NCBI GenBank assembly: GCA_964580585.1
Contig: CAZOKZ010000001.1
Span: 23,261 to 87,260 of the forward strand
Reading direction: 5' to 3'
Source: an uncultured Candidatus Sumerlaeota bacterium
GTDB lineage: Bacteria; Sumerlaeota; Sumerlaeia; SLMS01; JAHLLQ01
Length of the DNA stretch: 64,000 nucleotides
The position numbers were made by a program, and so were the translations under genes. Below, piece after piece: positions 34,758-45,581 of the stretch; position 1 is the stretch's first letter, and every line of letters begins with the position of its first letter. The notes beneath the pieces were generated by a model. The model was not told the DNA's origin, did no database searches, and saw only the letters and a program-made list of their open reading frames with translations.

Positions 34758-37499
34758 ATGCGCATGTCTTTGATAATCAAGAACTTGCAACACTTTTCCC
34801 GATCCGCCTCACTTGCTTTTCTGGCTGGAGCATTGTTGCTCCCGAGTTGGAGCAATGCGCAGTTATCCACCATGAGCGAGGGGACGACCACACTCAAGGT
34901 TACCACTGCCGAAGAGCAAAGTCATACTCCGGCCAGCGTGGAGCAGGTAACGGATATGGAAAACCTTCCGCGCAGCTTCTGGGTCAATACGCTGCTGGGA
35001 GATTCCGTCCTTCGTAACGATCTTTCTTTTGTGTCCGTGGGCGATATCTCTTCGGATTTCAGGCTGGCAGTTGGGCAGCAAAAACTGCTTCGTCAAGGCG
35101 GGTTGCTGGACATCACGACCTCCATGGCGGACCCGGAAAACTTCCATCTTTTGCTGCCAAACACGGCTGGCGCCAACGAATACCGTCTTCAAGCTCGTGA
35201 TCTGACGCGCCGGGAAAACGACGACAAAAGCGCCTCGGTCATCGTTGAATATTACGATTCAACGTACCCCTTTCTGACTGCTCGCACAGAATTCAACATG
35301 CCGAGCGACATGCCGGGTGTGCTGGTAACCACCACATTAACCAATACCAGCGAAGAATACATCGCCAAGAATGTGATTCCCTCGGATTTCATCCTGTGGG
35401 GAGCGATGAGTCCTTTTGTTCCCGGCAAAGGTTGGGCGACAAACGCCAAAATCGACGAAGCCGAGTTCATTTTTGCCCGACGATACGATGTCTGGATGTT
35501 GATCGCGCCTGAATCGGGAACCATGGACATCGACCAGCGGGGTGAGCTGTGCGGCCTTTCATACGGTTCGCCCAGTAACATGGAACCAGGCGAAACTAAA
35601 GTTTTCCGCCGCTGGGTGCTAACCTCGAAAAATGATCCGGCTTACCTTTACTCGAAAATCCTTGAAAAACGTCCGAACGCCGATTTCGGCACTTTGTTGG
35701 GCCGCGTTATTGAACGTGAACAAACCCCAGACGGTGCGATGATGGAGCGCGGACCAGTGGGGGACTGCGATATCTTCCTTTCGCCCGTCATTCGTAAGAC
35801 TTGGACCGACGAGCAACGTAGCACGTTCATGGGGCGCCCCTATTTGATCACCACGAGCCAACCCAACGGTGTTTTCAACACCCTTTTACCCTCGGGCGAT
35901 TATCGGGTGATTCCTGCGCCAGAGTCCCGATTGGCTCCGATTCCCAACTATACGTCCAAAATCGAAAAAGACAAAGTAGAAGCCATCGATTTCGGTGTCT
36001 CGGCATCTTCTCGTTTGATTTACAAACTCGTGGATGCCGATACGAAGGAGTTAATTCCCGGTAAACTAACAATCGAGCCCTTGCGAGGCACACGTTCGCT
36101 CGAACTGGGACCGCCAAGCGACGTGCGCGCAGGAAACGTAGTGTTATCTTCCCATGGTGCGGGGATCGTTGAATTGCCCCCTGGGTCCTATCGCGTAATT
36201 GCCTCGCGTGGACCCGAGTACCATACCGTCGAGCAACGCATTAAGGTAAACCAAGTCAAAGATACGACACAGGTTTTTGTTCTCAAACGCGCATTCGAGA
36301 CACCCGGTTGGATTTCCGCCGACGTTGGCGTGCGCACCGATGCCACGGTATCGAGCCGAGTGAGCAAGGAGTCGCGAGTCGTCTCTGCAGTTGCGGAAGG
36401 CGTCGAGTGGTTGGTGAGCGGTGACACGGACACTGCGACCGATTTGCAACCCGCAGTGGAAAGCCTGGGGTTATCGAAGTTTTTGACGACATCCCCCGGA
36501 TTCCGACATTCAGGCGATGTGACACCGTTTCGAGGCGACTTCTTGCTCTTCCCAACGAACATTTGTTCGTCGGGTTTTGAACCGGATTTCACTCCGGTGC
36601 GTGCTGCAAATTCCAGCCGTGAAATTCTGGCTTCCATGCGCGCGCTTTGTCCCGAAGCCGCTATCTTGGTTTCCCGACCCGTTTGGCCGTCGATTGGTTA
36701 TTTGTCGCTTCAAGGTTTCGATCCCACGGTTGGAACAATACCCGAAGGCGATTGGAGCCGCGATTTCGATGCCTTTCAAATTTGGGAAGGCAAGCGCCAG
36801 GGGACGATCAACGAAGATTATCTGACGTATCATAACCTCTTGCGCGAAGGGATGAAGCTGACCGCGTTTGGTGCCAGTAATTCCCATGAGACATGGATGC
36901 AGGAACCCGGTTATCCGCGCGTGTATGTAAAATCCAGCACGGACGATCCGTCAAAAATCGATCCGGAAGAATTAGCGCGAAATATCAAGAACCGCCAGGT
37001 CTGTGTGACGAACGGTCCCTTTGTTTCCGTCAAGGTTAACGGTAAACCCATGGGGTCGCTGGTAACGGACACCGATGGATCGGTGGATCTTGAAATCGAG
37101 GTTCAAGCCGCCAACTGGGTTCAGATCGAATCGATCAGTGTAAACCTCAATGGCCTGTTTGTGCGTAAAATTCTGCTCAATTCAGCCGCGCTGGACCCCA
37201 ACGCGGGTTGCATTTTTCCGCCGAAGGATTCGCCAGAAGACGGCAAGCTCAAGCTGACCATGCGCAAGGACGCTGTCTTGGATGTTGTCGTCGAAGGCTC
37301 CATTGACATTCCGATGGACCCGGTCAATCCGTTCATTGCGTTGACACGGGATAACAAAATCCCACGCGGTCAATTCCCGATGGCTATTTCAGCGCCTACC
37401 TTCCTGGACATCGATGGCGACGGCAAAATCACAATGCCGAAAGTTACACCCGAAGGCACCACCGTCGAAGGCGAAGCGGGCGAAGATCCGCCATTCTAA
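34758..37499 (+). CDS. Secreted CehA/McbA-type PHP-fold protein with degenerate metal ligands
   Basis: Signal peptide, LPPGSYRVIASRGPEY, GWISAD, AEG, GYPRVYV and TNGPFV family landmarks; the expected His ligands are replaced. Confidence 0.7.
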   Translation: MRMSLIIKNLQHFSRSASLAFLAGALLLPSWSNAQLSTMSEGTTTLKVTTAEEQSHTPASVEQVTDMENLPRSFWVNTLLGDSVLRNDLSFVSVGDISSDFRLAVGQQKLLRQGGLLDITTSMADPENFHLLLPNTAGANEYRLQARDLTRRENDDKSASVIVEYYDSTYPFLTARTEFNMPSDMPGVLVTTTLTNTSEEYIAKNVIPSDFILWGAMSPFVPGKGWATNAKIDEAEFIFARRYDVWMLIAPESGTMDIDQRGELCGLSYGSPSNMEPGETKVFRRWVLTSKNDPAYLYSKILEKRPNADFGTLLGRVIEREQTPDGAMMERGPVGDCDIFLSPVIRKTWTDEQRSTFMGRPYLITTSQPNGVFNTLLPSGDYRVIPAPESRLAPIPNYTSKIEKDKVEAIDFGVSASSRLIYKLVDADTKELIPGKLTIEPLRGTRSLELGPPSDVRAGNVVLSSHGAGIVELPPGSYRVIASRGPEYHTVEQRIKVNQVKDTTQVFVLKRAFETPGWISADVGVRTDATVSSRVSKESRVVSAVAEGVEWLVSGDTDTATDLQPAVESLGLSKFLTTSPGFRHSGDVTPFRGDFLLFPTNICSSGFEPDFTPVRAANSSREILASMRALCPEAAILVSRPVWPSIGYLSLQGFDPTVGTIPEGDWSRDFDAFQIWEGKRQGTINEDYLTYHNLLREGMKLTAFGASNSHETWMQEPGYPRVYVKSSTDDPSKIDPEELARNIKNRQVCVTNGPFVSVKVNGKPMGSLVTDTDGSVDLEIEVQAANWVQIESISVNLNGLFVRKILLNSAALDPNAGCIFPPKDSPEDGKLKLTMRKDAVLDVVVEGSIDIPMDPVNPFIALTRDNKIPRGQFPMAISAPTFLDIDGDGKITMPKVTPEGTTVEGEAGEDPPF

Positions 37500-37519
37500 G
37501 AACCATCGAAACCATTTAC

Positions 37520-37558
37520 AAAAAACGCGTCTCGGTATATCCGAGGCGCGTTTTTTTT
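37520..37558. terminator. Bidirectional intrinsic terminator
   Basis: A6-CGCGTCTCGG-tatat-CCGAGGCGCG-T8 between convergent genes. Confidence 0.85.
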
Positions 37559-37563
37559 GAAAC

Positions 37564-38652
37564 TTATTGAGCCAGATCAGCCATCTTTTGCGCCAATTCC
37601 GCTTTGCGCAGTGGACGCAGGATGTCGTCCAAATCGCCTTCCATTACACGGTCCAGGCAATACAACGTTAAGTTGATACGATGGTCCGTAATGCGATTCT
37701 GAGGAAAATTGTACGTGCGAATACGCTCGCTGCGATCACCGCTTCCAACCATTTGTTTACGATTGGCGCTTCGGGCTGCAATGTCTTTGCGGAGTTGCTC
37801 CTCGAGCAAGCGCGACCGAAGCACCCCCATGGCCTTGGCCTTGTTTTTCAACTGGCTACGTTCGTCCTGACACGTTACGATCAATCCCGTCGGCAGGTGC
37901 AAGATCCGCACAGCACTGTACGTGGTGTTCACGCCCTGGCCACCCGGTCCCGAAGCGCACATGGTGTCGATACGCAAATCGGACTCTTTGATTTCGATGT
38001 CGGTTTCCTCGGCTTCAGGCAAAACGGCAACCGTTGCTGCCGAGGTATGAATGCGCCCTTGCGTTTCCGTCAGTGGCACACGTTGCACGCGATGTACACC
38101 GCTTTCATGCTTCAAAACACTATAGGCGCCATTGCCTTTGATGGAAACGATGACCTCACGGAACCCACCGAGTTCGCCTTCGGTTTGCGAAACGAGTTCC
38201 ACTTTCCACCCGATGGTTTCCGCGTATCGTGTGTACATGCGGAGCAAATCGCCTGCGAATAATCCCGCTTCGTCACCGCCTGTGCCAGCGCGAATTTCCA
38301 GCAGCAAGTTGCGATCATCCAACGGGTCTTTGGGGAGCAGACGAATTTCCAACTCTTCGGTCAGCGTTTCGACTAAATCGCGTGCTTCTTCCGCGTCGGC
38401 TTCTGCCAATTCGCGCATTTCCTCGTCGCGTTCGTTTTCAATCAAGTCTTCTGCCTGCGCCAAACGCGATTCCGTATCCACCAATCGACGCGCGAGTTGA
38501 ATCGTTTGTCCCAGTTCGTGATGTTCGCGGCCCAATTCAGCCAACCGACGCGGATTGCTCGCCACCTGGGGATCGGAAAGTTGGCCCTCCAGCGCGTCGA
38601 ACCGCTCTTGCAATTGTTTCAGCCGGGTTTGCGAACTGGAAGGAGAACTCAT
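37564..38652 (-). CDS. prfA: Peptide chain release factor 1
   Basis: [25 protein letters not shown] (PxT discriminator), GPGGQGVN and RTYNFPQNR. Confidence 0.96.
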   Translation of the reverse strand: MSSPSSSQTRLKQLQERFDALEGQLSDPQVASNPRRLAELGREHHELGQTIQLARRLVDTESRLAQAEDLIENERDEEMRELAEADAEEARDLVETLTEELEIRLLPKDPLDDRNLLLEIRAGTGGDEAGLFAGDLLRMYTRYAETIGWKVELVSQTEGELGGFREVIVSIKGNGAYSVLKHESGVHRVQRVPLTETQGRIHTSAATVAVLPEAEETDIEIKESDLRIDTMCASGPGGQGVNTTYSAVRILHLPTGLIVTCQDERSQLKNKAKAMGVLRSRLLEEQLRKDIAARSANRKQMVGSGDRSERIRTYNFPQNRITDHRINLTLYCLDRVMEGDLDDILRPLRKAELAQKMADLAQ

Positions 38653-38751
38653 TCAGGGAGGTTCCGGAAAAGGGATGAGAAAACAGTTCGGGTGTCGTAA
38701 TCGACAACAGACGGTTGCGTCAAATGCCAAGATGGATGACCGCACTGGTTG

Positions 38752-39918
38752 CTATTTTCGACGAGGGAGCATGGCTTTGATAAGCATCAGCAGGAAAATC
38801 ACCGCTCCGACGTGAGAAAAAACGCTGAAATGCATGTGCTCTGCCGAGTCGAACAAATCGGGACGGCCAAATGGAATTTTCTTCGCCAATTGATTGATCA
38901 GCAGACCAAAGCCCAAGGAACAAACTGAAATACTGGCGAGATATATCACGAGACCTCTCGTTTTCATCAGCCCGCGCACCACCGCCATGGTAGCGATGTT
39001 AGTTGCAGGGCCCGCCATCAGGAAAACCAACGCGGCGCCGGGCGAAAGACCTTTGGCAAGCAATCCCGCCACCAGGGGAGTCGAACCACTGGCGCAAACG
39101 TATATCGGAATGCCGATCACCAGCATCAGTACCATGCTGAGAAACCCGTCTCCCGCATATTTTTCGATAAACCCAGGAGGAATCAATGCCGCGATCAATC
39201 CCGTGGCAAGCAATCCCCACCAATAGTAATTCGCCAGCGAAGGAAACAGATCCCCGAACGCATAACGTTGGCCTGCGAGAAAACGTTGAAACCAGGAACC
39301 ATCTTTTTTCTCGGGAGTGTCGTGGTTGTGGTGTGCGTGTACGTCTGTGCCACCGCAGCAGGAAGCTTTTTCCGGTTCGACCGGTTGAGTAGAGCAACAA
39401 GACGCCTTAGCAGGTTGCGGTTTTTCCGATTCTGCTTTTTTGCCAGCGCAGCAAGAAGCCGGCGCCGGTTCATCGATCATCGGATCGTCGTTATTTTTGC
39501 CCAGGAACAACATCGCTATTCCGGCTGCCATCGCAGTGATAAAAGAAGTGACCACGCGCGCAACGGTTAGCCACGGACCCAGCAGCGCCCAGGAAATGGA
39601 AATCGAATCGACGCCATTTTCTGGCGTGGAAATCAAAAACGCCGAGATGGCGGGGTTACTGGCTCCCTGTTTTTTTAGTCCTGTTGCCACCGGGATCACG
39701 GAACAAGAACACAGAGGCAGGGGAACGCCAAGAGCCGAGGCGTTGAAAACCGCCCGTATCGAGTTGCCGCCCAACCATCGATGCAACACAGCGGGGGAAA
39801 GAAACACATGAATCAGACCTGCAACCGCCAATCCTCCCAGGATGAACCAACCGGACTCGGCTAGCACCAAATACATGTTCCAGAGTGTCAGTTTTAAGAT
39901 TTCAAAAAACTCAGCCAT
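38752..39918 (-). CDS. SO_0444/DUF318-family permease (putative metal efflux)
   Basis: GVPLPLCSCSVIP, FLISTPENGVDS, YVCASGSTP and FLMAGPATN; Cys/His-rich central loop. Confidence 0.85.
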   Translation of the reverse strand: MAEFFEILKLTLWNMYLVLAESGWFILGGLAVAGLIHVFLSPAVLHRWLGGNSIRAVFNASALGVPLPLCSCSVIPVATGLKKQGASNPAISAFLISTPENGVDSISISWALLGPWLTVARVVTSFITAMAAGIAMLFLGKNNDDPMIDEPAPASCCAGKKAESEKPQPAKASCCSTQPVEPEKASCCGGTDVHAHHNHDTPEKKDGSWFQRFLAGQRYAFGDLFPSLANYYWWGLLATGLIAALIPPGFIEKYAGDGFLSMVLMLVIGIPIYVCASGSTPLVAGLLAKGLSPGAALVFLMAGPATNIATMAVVRGLMKTRGLVIYLASISVCSLGFGLLINQLAKKIPFGRPDLFDSAEHMHFSVFSHVGAVIFLLMLIKAMLPRRK

Positions 39919-40053
39919 CAAGGAACTCCAAATCCCCCAAACTTAAAGGTATAATTTTTAGTCGATTGAATGTGAAATAAGGATTGAGCTTGTTCGCGCA
40001 TCCTTCGACATCCTTCTCGTGCTCCAAATTCGTAAACAGCAGGAAACGTTCCC

Positions 40054-41418
40054 ATGGCTCTGTACCCCAACAAAACACGCACCGCATTTCTTTTTGGCCT
40101 GATCGGCGCTCTATGCGCCTTCTCTTCGTTTCTCCCCGTGGCTCATGCCGCCAACGAGAACTCCGATTCACTCGGTACCGTTCGCCCGATGGCAACTGTG
40201 GAACCGACAATGATCGCTATTCCTCCGTTTGGACGCGATGAAAGCTCTCCCGTTGAATATGAAACCATGCCGCGCATCATCCGGCGCGATTTGGTTTTGT
40301 CGGGGTTCTTTCAACTGCCCGCTGACCAGCAGGAGGTCAATAGCCAGAACATCATCGATGTGCGTAACAACCAGGTGAATTTTGATTTTTGGAGAAAAAT
40401 GGGCGTCCAGCATTACCTGATGGGTAACGTCAGTAGTCCCAAGCCAGGAACCCTGCGAGTACTGGTTCTTCTTTACGATGTTCCCTCGGCACGTATCGTG
40501 ATCAATCGCTATTTCGATGGAGATGCCAACGATCCGCGCTACCTGGCTCATTCGATTTCGGACGAGATCGTCAAATTCACCAAATTTACGGATGGGATTG
40601 CGCGAACGAAGTTGATTTACTTGAGCGAGCAAATTCCTGGAATCAAAGAAACCGCAATCATGGACGCCGATGGTTTCAATCAATTGAATCTGACTCGTTA
40701 CAACAAGATTTGCACGACGCCGACGTGGGGAGCTCGTGGGACGGAAATTTACTATACGTCTTATCATGGCAATCGCGCCAACATTTACGGCCAGCAAGTT
40801 TCCACCGGCCAAACGTGGCCCATTGCTGCTTATGGGGGCACTAACCACTCGCCCGATTGGTGCGAATCCAATGGGCGCATTCTGATGACATTGAGCAAGG
40901 ATGGTAATTCCGAGATTTATTCCTGTTTGCGCGACGGAAAAGATGCTCGCCGATTGACCAAAACGAAAGCCACCGAAGGCAGCCCTTGCTGGTCGCCGGA
41001 CGGCACCCGTTATGTTTACGCCAGCAATGAAGCCGGTGGATTGCACTTATTTGTCGCCAATGCCGACGGCTCGGGGAAAAAACGCCTGACGACGCGTGGC
41101 TCCTGGAACGATGCACCGTCTTGGTCGGCTGACGGTCAACGTATCGCTTTTGTTTCGCGTATTGATGGGCAAAACGACATATTCGTGATTCATTCGGACG
41201 GTGATCCAAACACATATCGTCGTTTGACGATCAACCAGGGAGACAACGAAAGTCCTTCCTGGGGGCCGAATAGTCGGCATTTGGCTTTCGCAAGCAATCG
41301 GTCCGGGCGTTGGCAGATTTATATGATGCTCGACGATGGTTCCAACCAGACGGTGCTCACCTCCACCGGGCAGAATACCCAACCCGATTGGGGTCCCTAT
41401 CCCGGGGGAGAAAAATAA
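40054..41418 (+). CDS. tolB: Tol-Pal beta-propeller protein TolB
   Basis: Signal peptide, IIRRDLVLSGFF, RYLAHSISDEI, MDADG and PD40 repeats (SPCWSPDG, PSWSADG). Confidence 0.88.
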   Translation: MALYPNKTRTAFLFGLIGALCAFSSFLPVAHAANENSDSLGTVRPMATVEPTMIAIPPFGRDESSPVEYETMPRIIRRDLVLSGFFQLPADQQEVNSQNIIDVRNNQVNFDFWRKMGVQHYLMGNVSSPKPGTLRVLVLLYDVPSARIVINRYFDGDANDPRYLAHSISDEIVKFTKFTDGIARTKLIYLSEQIPGIKETAIMDADGFNQLNLTRYNKICTTPTWGARGTEIYYTSYHGNRANIYGQQVSTGQTWPIAAYGGTNHSPDWCESNGRILMTLSKDGNSEIYSCLRDGKDARRLTKTKATEGSPCWSPDGTRYVYASNEAGGLHLFVANADGSGKKRLTTRGSWNDAPSWSADGQRIAFVSRIDGQNDIFVIHSDGDPNTYRRLTINQGDNESPSWGPNSRHLAFASNRSGRWQIYMMLDDGSNQTVLTSTGQNTQPDWGPYPGGEK

Positions 41419-41658
41419 CATTTTTTTTGCGCCAGTGTCCACATTCTGCTCCACGGTCCCGTTTACAGGACATGGGGGTGTACCTGGCGCAGTCGCTGCC
41501 AAAATCTGGCGCCCTGGAGCACTGGAAAAGGCGTTGACAGAAACTGCGCCGCAGCCCCTAACTATAGAGAGCAGAGTATGTTAGGGGTAGTCCCTACGGC
41601 TCGGAGTTCCACAGCGTGTTTTTCACGTGTATTGGAACGGGTTTAAGGAGAAGCGAGC

Positions 41659-42888
41659 ATGGCAGAGTTTTTCTACGAAGCCCTCGATAAAGGCGGCAAA
41701 CAGGTGCGTGGCATCATCGATGCCGCCAACGAAGACGTTATTATCGAAAAGCTGCGCGGAATGGGGTATTATCCTCTCAAGGTCGTGCAGCATAAATCCA
41801 GCGGCAATGATATGGATATCTTTGCCTTGCCTGGTATTCGTAACATTTTCCACCGCATCAAACAAAAGCACGTCATGACGTTCTCACGTCAGTTGGCAAC
41901 GCTCATCGATGCCGGTTTGCCGATTTTACGCTCGTTGTTCATTCTAACCGAGCAGGTGGAATCGGTCGTTTTCAAAGAAAAAATCAACCAGATTGCCAAG
42001 GACATCGAAGGTGGTGCCTCCCTCTCAGAGGCTCTTTCCAAGCACCCCAAAGTCTTCGACAACCTTTATGTCAACATGGTGCGCGCCGGTGAAATTGGCG
42101 GTGTGCTCGAACAAGTGCTCAATAAAATTGCCTACTTCCTGGAAAAACGCCAGGCTTTGAAGGGCAAAGTCAAATCCGCCATGATGTACCCCATCGTGGT
42201 GTCCGGTCTGGCCATTATTATCGTTGTGTTTATTTTGTGGAAAATCATGCCACGCTTCGTTGCAATTTTCGAGCAACTCGGCGCCGAACTACCCGGTCTG
42301 ACGCGAATGTTGGTGAACGCCTCCGATATTTTGCTACACAAAACGCACTACGTGATTATCGCCGTCGTGGCCTTGGTTATTGTGTATAAGAAAATCAACG
42401 GCACACGAGAAGGAAAACACTTCTTCGATCAGATGTGGATGAAACTTCCGGTTTTCGGAACTCTGGTGAAGAAAGTTGCCATTGCTCGTTTCGCCGGTAC
42501 ACTTTCGACACTCATTACATCCGGCGTGCCGATTCTTCAGGCTCTCGATATTGTGCGTGACACATCGGGTAACGAAGTGATCGCCCGCGCCATGGATAAA
42601 GTCTATCAATCCGTGAAAGACGGCGAAACAATCCACGAACCGCTTGGCGAATGTAAGGTTTTCCCGCCTCTGGTCGTCCACATGGTGGCCGTCGGTGAAG
42701 AAACCGGTGCCATCGATCAGATGCTGACAAAAGTGGCCGAGGCATACGAACGCGAAGTGGATGACACCGTCAGCGCCTTGACCTCGATTCTCGAACCGAT
42801 TCTGATCGTGTTCCTCGGTGTGATCGTCGGTACCATCGTCGTGGCGCTCTATCTGCCACTCTTCTCGATTCCGAAAGTCGTGCACTAA
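41659..42888 (+). CDS. pilC: Type IV pilus / T2SS platform protein PilC/GspF
   Basis: FSRQLATLIDAGLP, NMVRAGEIGGVL, VKSAMMYP, VGEETG and LEP..I...LYLPLF. AAGGAG RBS. Confidence 0.92.
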   Translation: MAEFFYEALDKGGKQVRGIIDAANEDVIIEKLRGMGYYPLKVVQHKSSGNDMDIFALPGIRNIFHRIKQKHVMTFSRQLATLIDAGLPILRSLFILTEQVESVVFKEKINQIAKDIEGGASLSEALSKHPKVFDNLYVNMVRAGEIGGVLEQVLNKIAYFLEKRQALKGKVKSAMMYPIVVSGLAIIIVVFILWKIMPRFVAIFEQLGAELPGLTRMLVNASDILLHKTHYVIIAVVALVIVYKKINGTREGKHFFDQMWMKLPVFGTLVKKVAIARFAGTLSTLITSGVPILQALDIVRDTSGNEVIARAMDKVYQSVKDGETIHEPLGECKVFPPLVVHMVAVGEETGAIDQMLTKVAEAYEREVDDTVSALTSILEPILIVFLGVIVGTIVVALYLPLFSIPKVVH

Positions 42889-42914
42889 GCGAACCGAAAA
42901 AGCACTGAATCCGG

Positions 42915-42950
42915 TAGCGGGGTGATTTTCACTCCGCTATCTTTCATTTT
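42915..42950 (+). terminator. Intrinsic terminator after pilC
   Basis: TAGCGGGGTGA/TCACTCCGCTA stem followed by TCTTTCATTTT. Confidence 0.65.
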
Positions 42951-42999
42951 AGAGAACCCACTTGTGGCTTCGATTTCTTCAAATGAATAATCGGCAAAC

Positions 43000-45573
43000 A
43001 TGACCGAGTCGCCAACAATGCCGCATCCCAACGAAAGTCCCGCTTCCGTCCCGCATTACACGATGATTCGCCCCTTATCGAACATCCAACGTTTGGGTGT
43101 CCTTATGACGGTGTTCATCTCTGGAATGGCTGCATTGATTTATCAAGTGCTTTGGCTAAAGCAACTTGGCTTGCTGTTTGGAAATACCGCGCAAGCAGCC
43201 GCCAGCACGTTGAGTGTTTTTTTTCTAGGATTATCGGCGGGTAGTTATTTTTGGGGACGCAAAGAATGTTCAAAAACGCATCCTTTGCGCACTTACAGCC
43301 TGTTGGAAATTGGGATAGCCATTTCCGCCTTACTGTATTTTTTCCTCTTCTTTGTTTATCGGGAAATTTATCCCCATCTTGTTGCACCAATTCTTCATCA
43401 CCCCCCCCTTGTTTTGTTGGTGAAATTTATCCTCGCTTTGATCATTCTTTTTCCACCCGCATTTTTCATGGGGGGAACGTTTCCAGTTGTCGTTCAAGCC
43501 ATGACCCATCGGCGCGATCACTTGGCACGGGCGGGAACAATTTTATATGCCACTAATACTTTTGGCGCAACGCTTGGCGCATTCGCTGCGGGGTATATCT
43601 TACCTCTCTCGTTTGGATTTAAAAATTCCTATTGGATTGCAATTGCCTGTAGTCTGATTGCGGCCATAATCGCATTCTTGATTGGAGTCGGGACGAAATC
43701 GCTCACCGTCCCCATGATCGCAACTTCGATTCCGAAACCGACTTCTAAGCCCGATCGTCTCATCGGAAGTATTGCATTTTTTTCCGGAGCAATCACACTT
43801 GGTCTCGAAGTGCTCTGGACCAAAATGTTTTCTCTCGTACTGCAAAATTCCGTATATAGTTTCACGATTGTCCTGATGACATTTTTACTCGCGCTGGCGA
43901 TAGGCGCTTTTCTCGCGCATTTGCTGGCGATTCCGCGTTGGAACGCCCAAAGAGTTCTTGGTGGACTGTTATTGTTTGCCGGATTTGGAGCCGCGCTTTC
44001 ACCTCTGCTTTTTTCAAGACTCACGGGTGGGGTGAACCAGATGAACGTCGAACATTTACCCGTTGGCATGGTAATTTTTTTCGCCATGCTTCTGCCCGCT
44101 ATTGCCATGGGGACCGTTTTTCCGTTTTTACTCAAACTCGTTGAAAAACAACACGACGATGCTCCCCAGGTTGTTGGGCGATTAGCCGCTATAAATACCG
44201 GTGGTGCAATTGTGGGATCGTTGCTTGCCGGGTTTGTATTGATGAGCGTCTTTGGACTTTGGAACAGCATTCGTCTGTTAGCCGCAATGTACTTTATCTT
44301 TGTTTTTTTTCTTCCCGATTGCCGATATTTGTCACGAACTTTATCCGGTTCAGGCTATCTGCTTTTGGCAATATTGGCACTCAATCGTCCGGCGTTGGTT
44401 GAATTAGATGCTGGGGAACGTGTGTTGAAAACATGGCAGGGAAGCGGAGGAGTGGTTAGCGTCGTGGAATCTTCCGCGGGACATCGGGACATGCGTTTGA
44501 ACAATTATTACTCGCTTGGAGGGACGGAAAAATCTCTTCGGCGCCGTCGCCAGGGAATGCTGCCTTTAATTTTGCACCCCGACCCCAAGGACGTATTTTA
44601 TCTCGGCATGGGGACAGGAATCACGGCGGGCGGTGCATTGGATTTTCCGGTTGAACGTGTTGTCGTCTGCGAAATCAATCCGCAAGTAATTGCAGGCGCG
44701 CGGGAATTTTTTGCTGAATATTCCAATGAGTTGTTTGACGATTCAAGAGTCGATGTGCTGATCGAAGATGGTCGAAATTATCTGATGGGGACGGAGGAAA
44801 CATTCGACGTTATTGTTAGCGATCTATTCGTGCCGTGGAACGCGGGAATCGGGAATTTGTATTCCATAGATCAATATCGCCTTGCGTGCAAACGCCTCAA
44901 TCCAGGCGGCCTTTACGCGCAGTGGCTTCCCGCTGGCCAGATTTCCCGTCGCGAGTTTGACATAATTGCCAAAACAATGCTGGAAGTTTTTCCAAGCGTT
45001 ACGCTTTGGCGTGGCGACTTCAGCGACCGCTATCCGATTCTGATGTTGTTGGGCAGTATGGACAACGCACCGCTTGATCCCGACGGCATCGCTACGCGCC
45101 TCGATGCGTTGTCGTTGCAACATAAAGCGCAAAACACCGCGATGATCTCGGCTACACCGTATGTGTATTATTGTGGGAATTTATCTGAACATGCATATCT
45201 ATTCGATAGCACATCGGTGAACACGGATGATCGACCTTTGATCGAATATCTGGCAGCTCAAACGCAGACGCATGAAAATTCCCAGGGAGAAAGAATCTGG
45301 TTAATTCGAGATAATCTGAATCAACTTACACGAACTCTTTTATCCGAAAACGGCAACCTGAGCAATGATCCGTATTTAACCAAAATCAATCAGAGACAAC
45401 GTGAATTAATTTTAGCCGGATTGAATATCAGTGAATGGAATATTTACGAAAAATCGGGGGACGGAGACACCGAAGCGATCGAAAAAAAGATTCAATCCAC
45501 GTTTGAAAAAGCGAATATTAAAATAGAACTACAGCCAGGCGCGTCTGATATTTATAAATCGCCCTTATGGTAA
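43000..45573 (+). CDS. Fused MFS-like membrane domain / spermidine-synthase-like methyltransferase
   Basis: SGMAALIYQVLW, MGGTFP, NTFGA repeated halves, then LGMGTGIT, CEI, EDGRNY, FDVIVSD and NTDDRPLIEY. Confidence 0.85.
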   Translation: MTESPTMPHPNESPASVPHYTMIRPLSNIQRLGVLMTVFISGMAALIYQVLWLKQLGLLFGNTAQAAASTLSVFFLGLSAGSYFWGRKECSKTHPLRTYSLLEIGIAISALLYFFLFFVYREIYPHLVAPILHHPPLVLLVKFILALIILFPPAFFMGGTFPVVVQAMTHRRDHLARAGTILYATNTFGATLGAFAAGYILPLSFGFKNSYWIAIACSLIAAIIAFLIGVGTKSLTVPMIATSIPKPTSKPDRLIGSIAFFSGAITLGLEVLWTKMFSLVLQNSVYSFTIVLMTFLLALAIGAFLAHLLAIPRWNAQRVLGGLLLFAGFGAALSPLLFSRLTGGVNQMNVEHLPVGMVIFFAMLLPAIAMGTVFPFLLKLVEKQHDDAPQVVGRLAAINTGGAIVGSLLAGFVLMSVFGLWNSIRLLAAMYFIFVFFLPDCRYLSRTLSGSGYLLLAILALNRPALVELDAGERVLKTWQGSGGVVSVVESSAGHRDMRLNNYYSLGGTEKSLRRRRQGMLPLILHPDPKDVFYLGMGTGITAGGALDFPVERVVVCEINPQVIAGAREFFAEYSNELFDDSRVDVLIEDGRNYLMGTEETFDVIVSDLFVPWNAGIGNLYSIDQYRLACKRLNPGGLYAQWLPAGQISRREFDIIAKTMLEVFPSVTLWRGDFSDRYPILMLLGSMDNAPLDPDGIATRLDALSLQHKAQNTAMISATPYVYYCGNLSEHAYLFDSTSVNTDDRPLIEYLAAQTQTHENSQGERIWLIRDNLNQLTRTLLSENGNLSNDPYLTKINQRQRELILAGLNISEWNIYEKSGDGDTEAIEKKIQSTFEKANIKIELQPGASDIYKSPLW

Positions 45574-45581
45574 GGCGCGAA

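Noticed and set aside
37564-38652. Programmed frameshift in the release factor gene
   Set aside because: The gene is RF1 (PxT motif) with a continuous frame; the CTT-TGA shift applies to prfB.
40168-41046. Long antisense ORFs (for example 40168-41046, 60593-61453, 14208-14996, 16205-17065)
   Set aside because: They are shadows of well-supported genes on the opposite strand and show no recognisable motifs.
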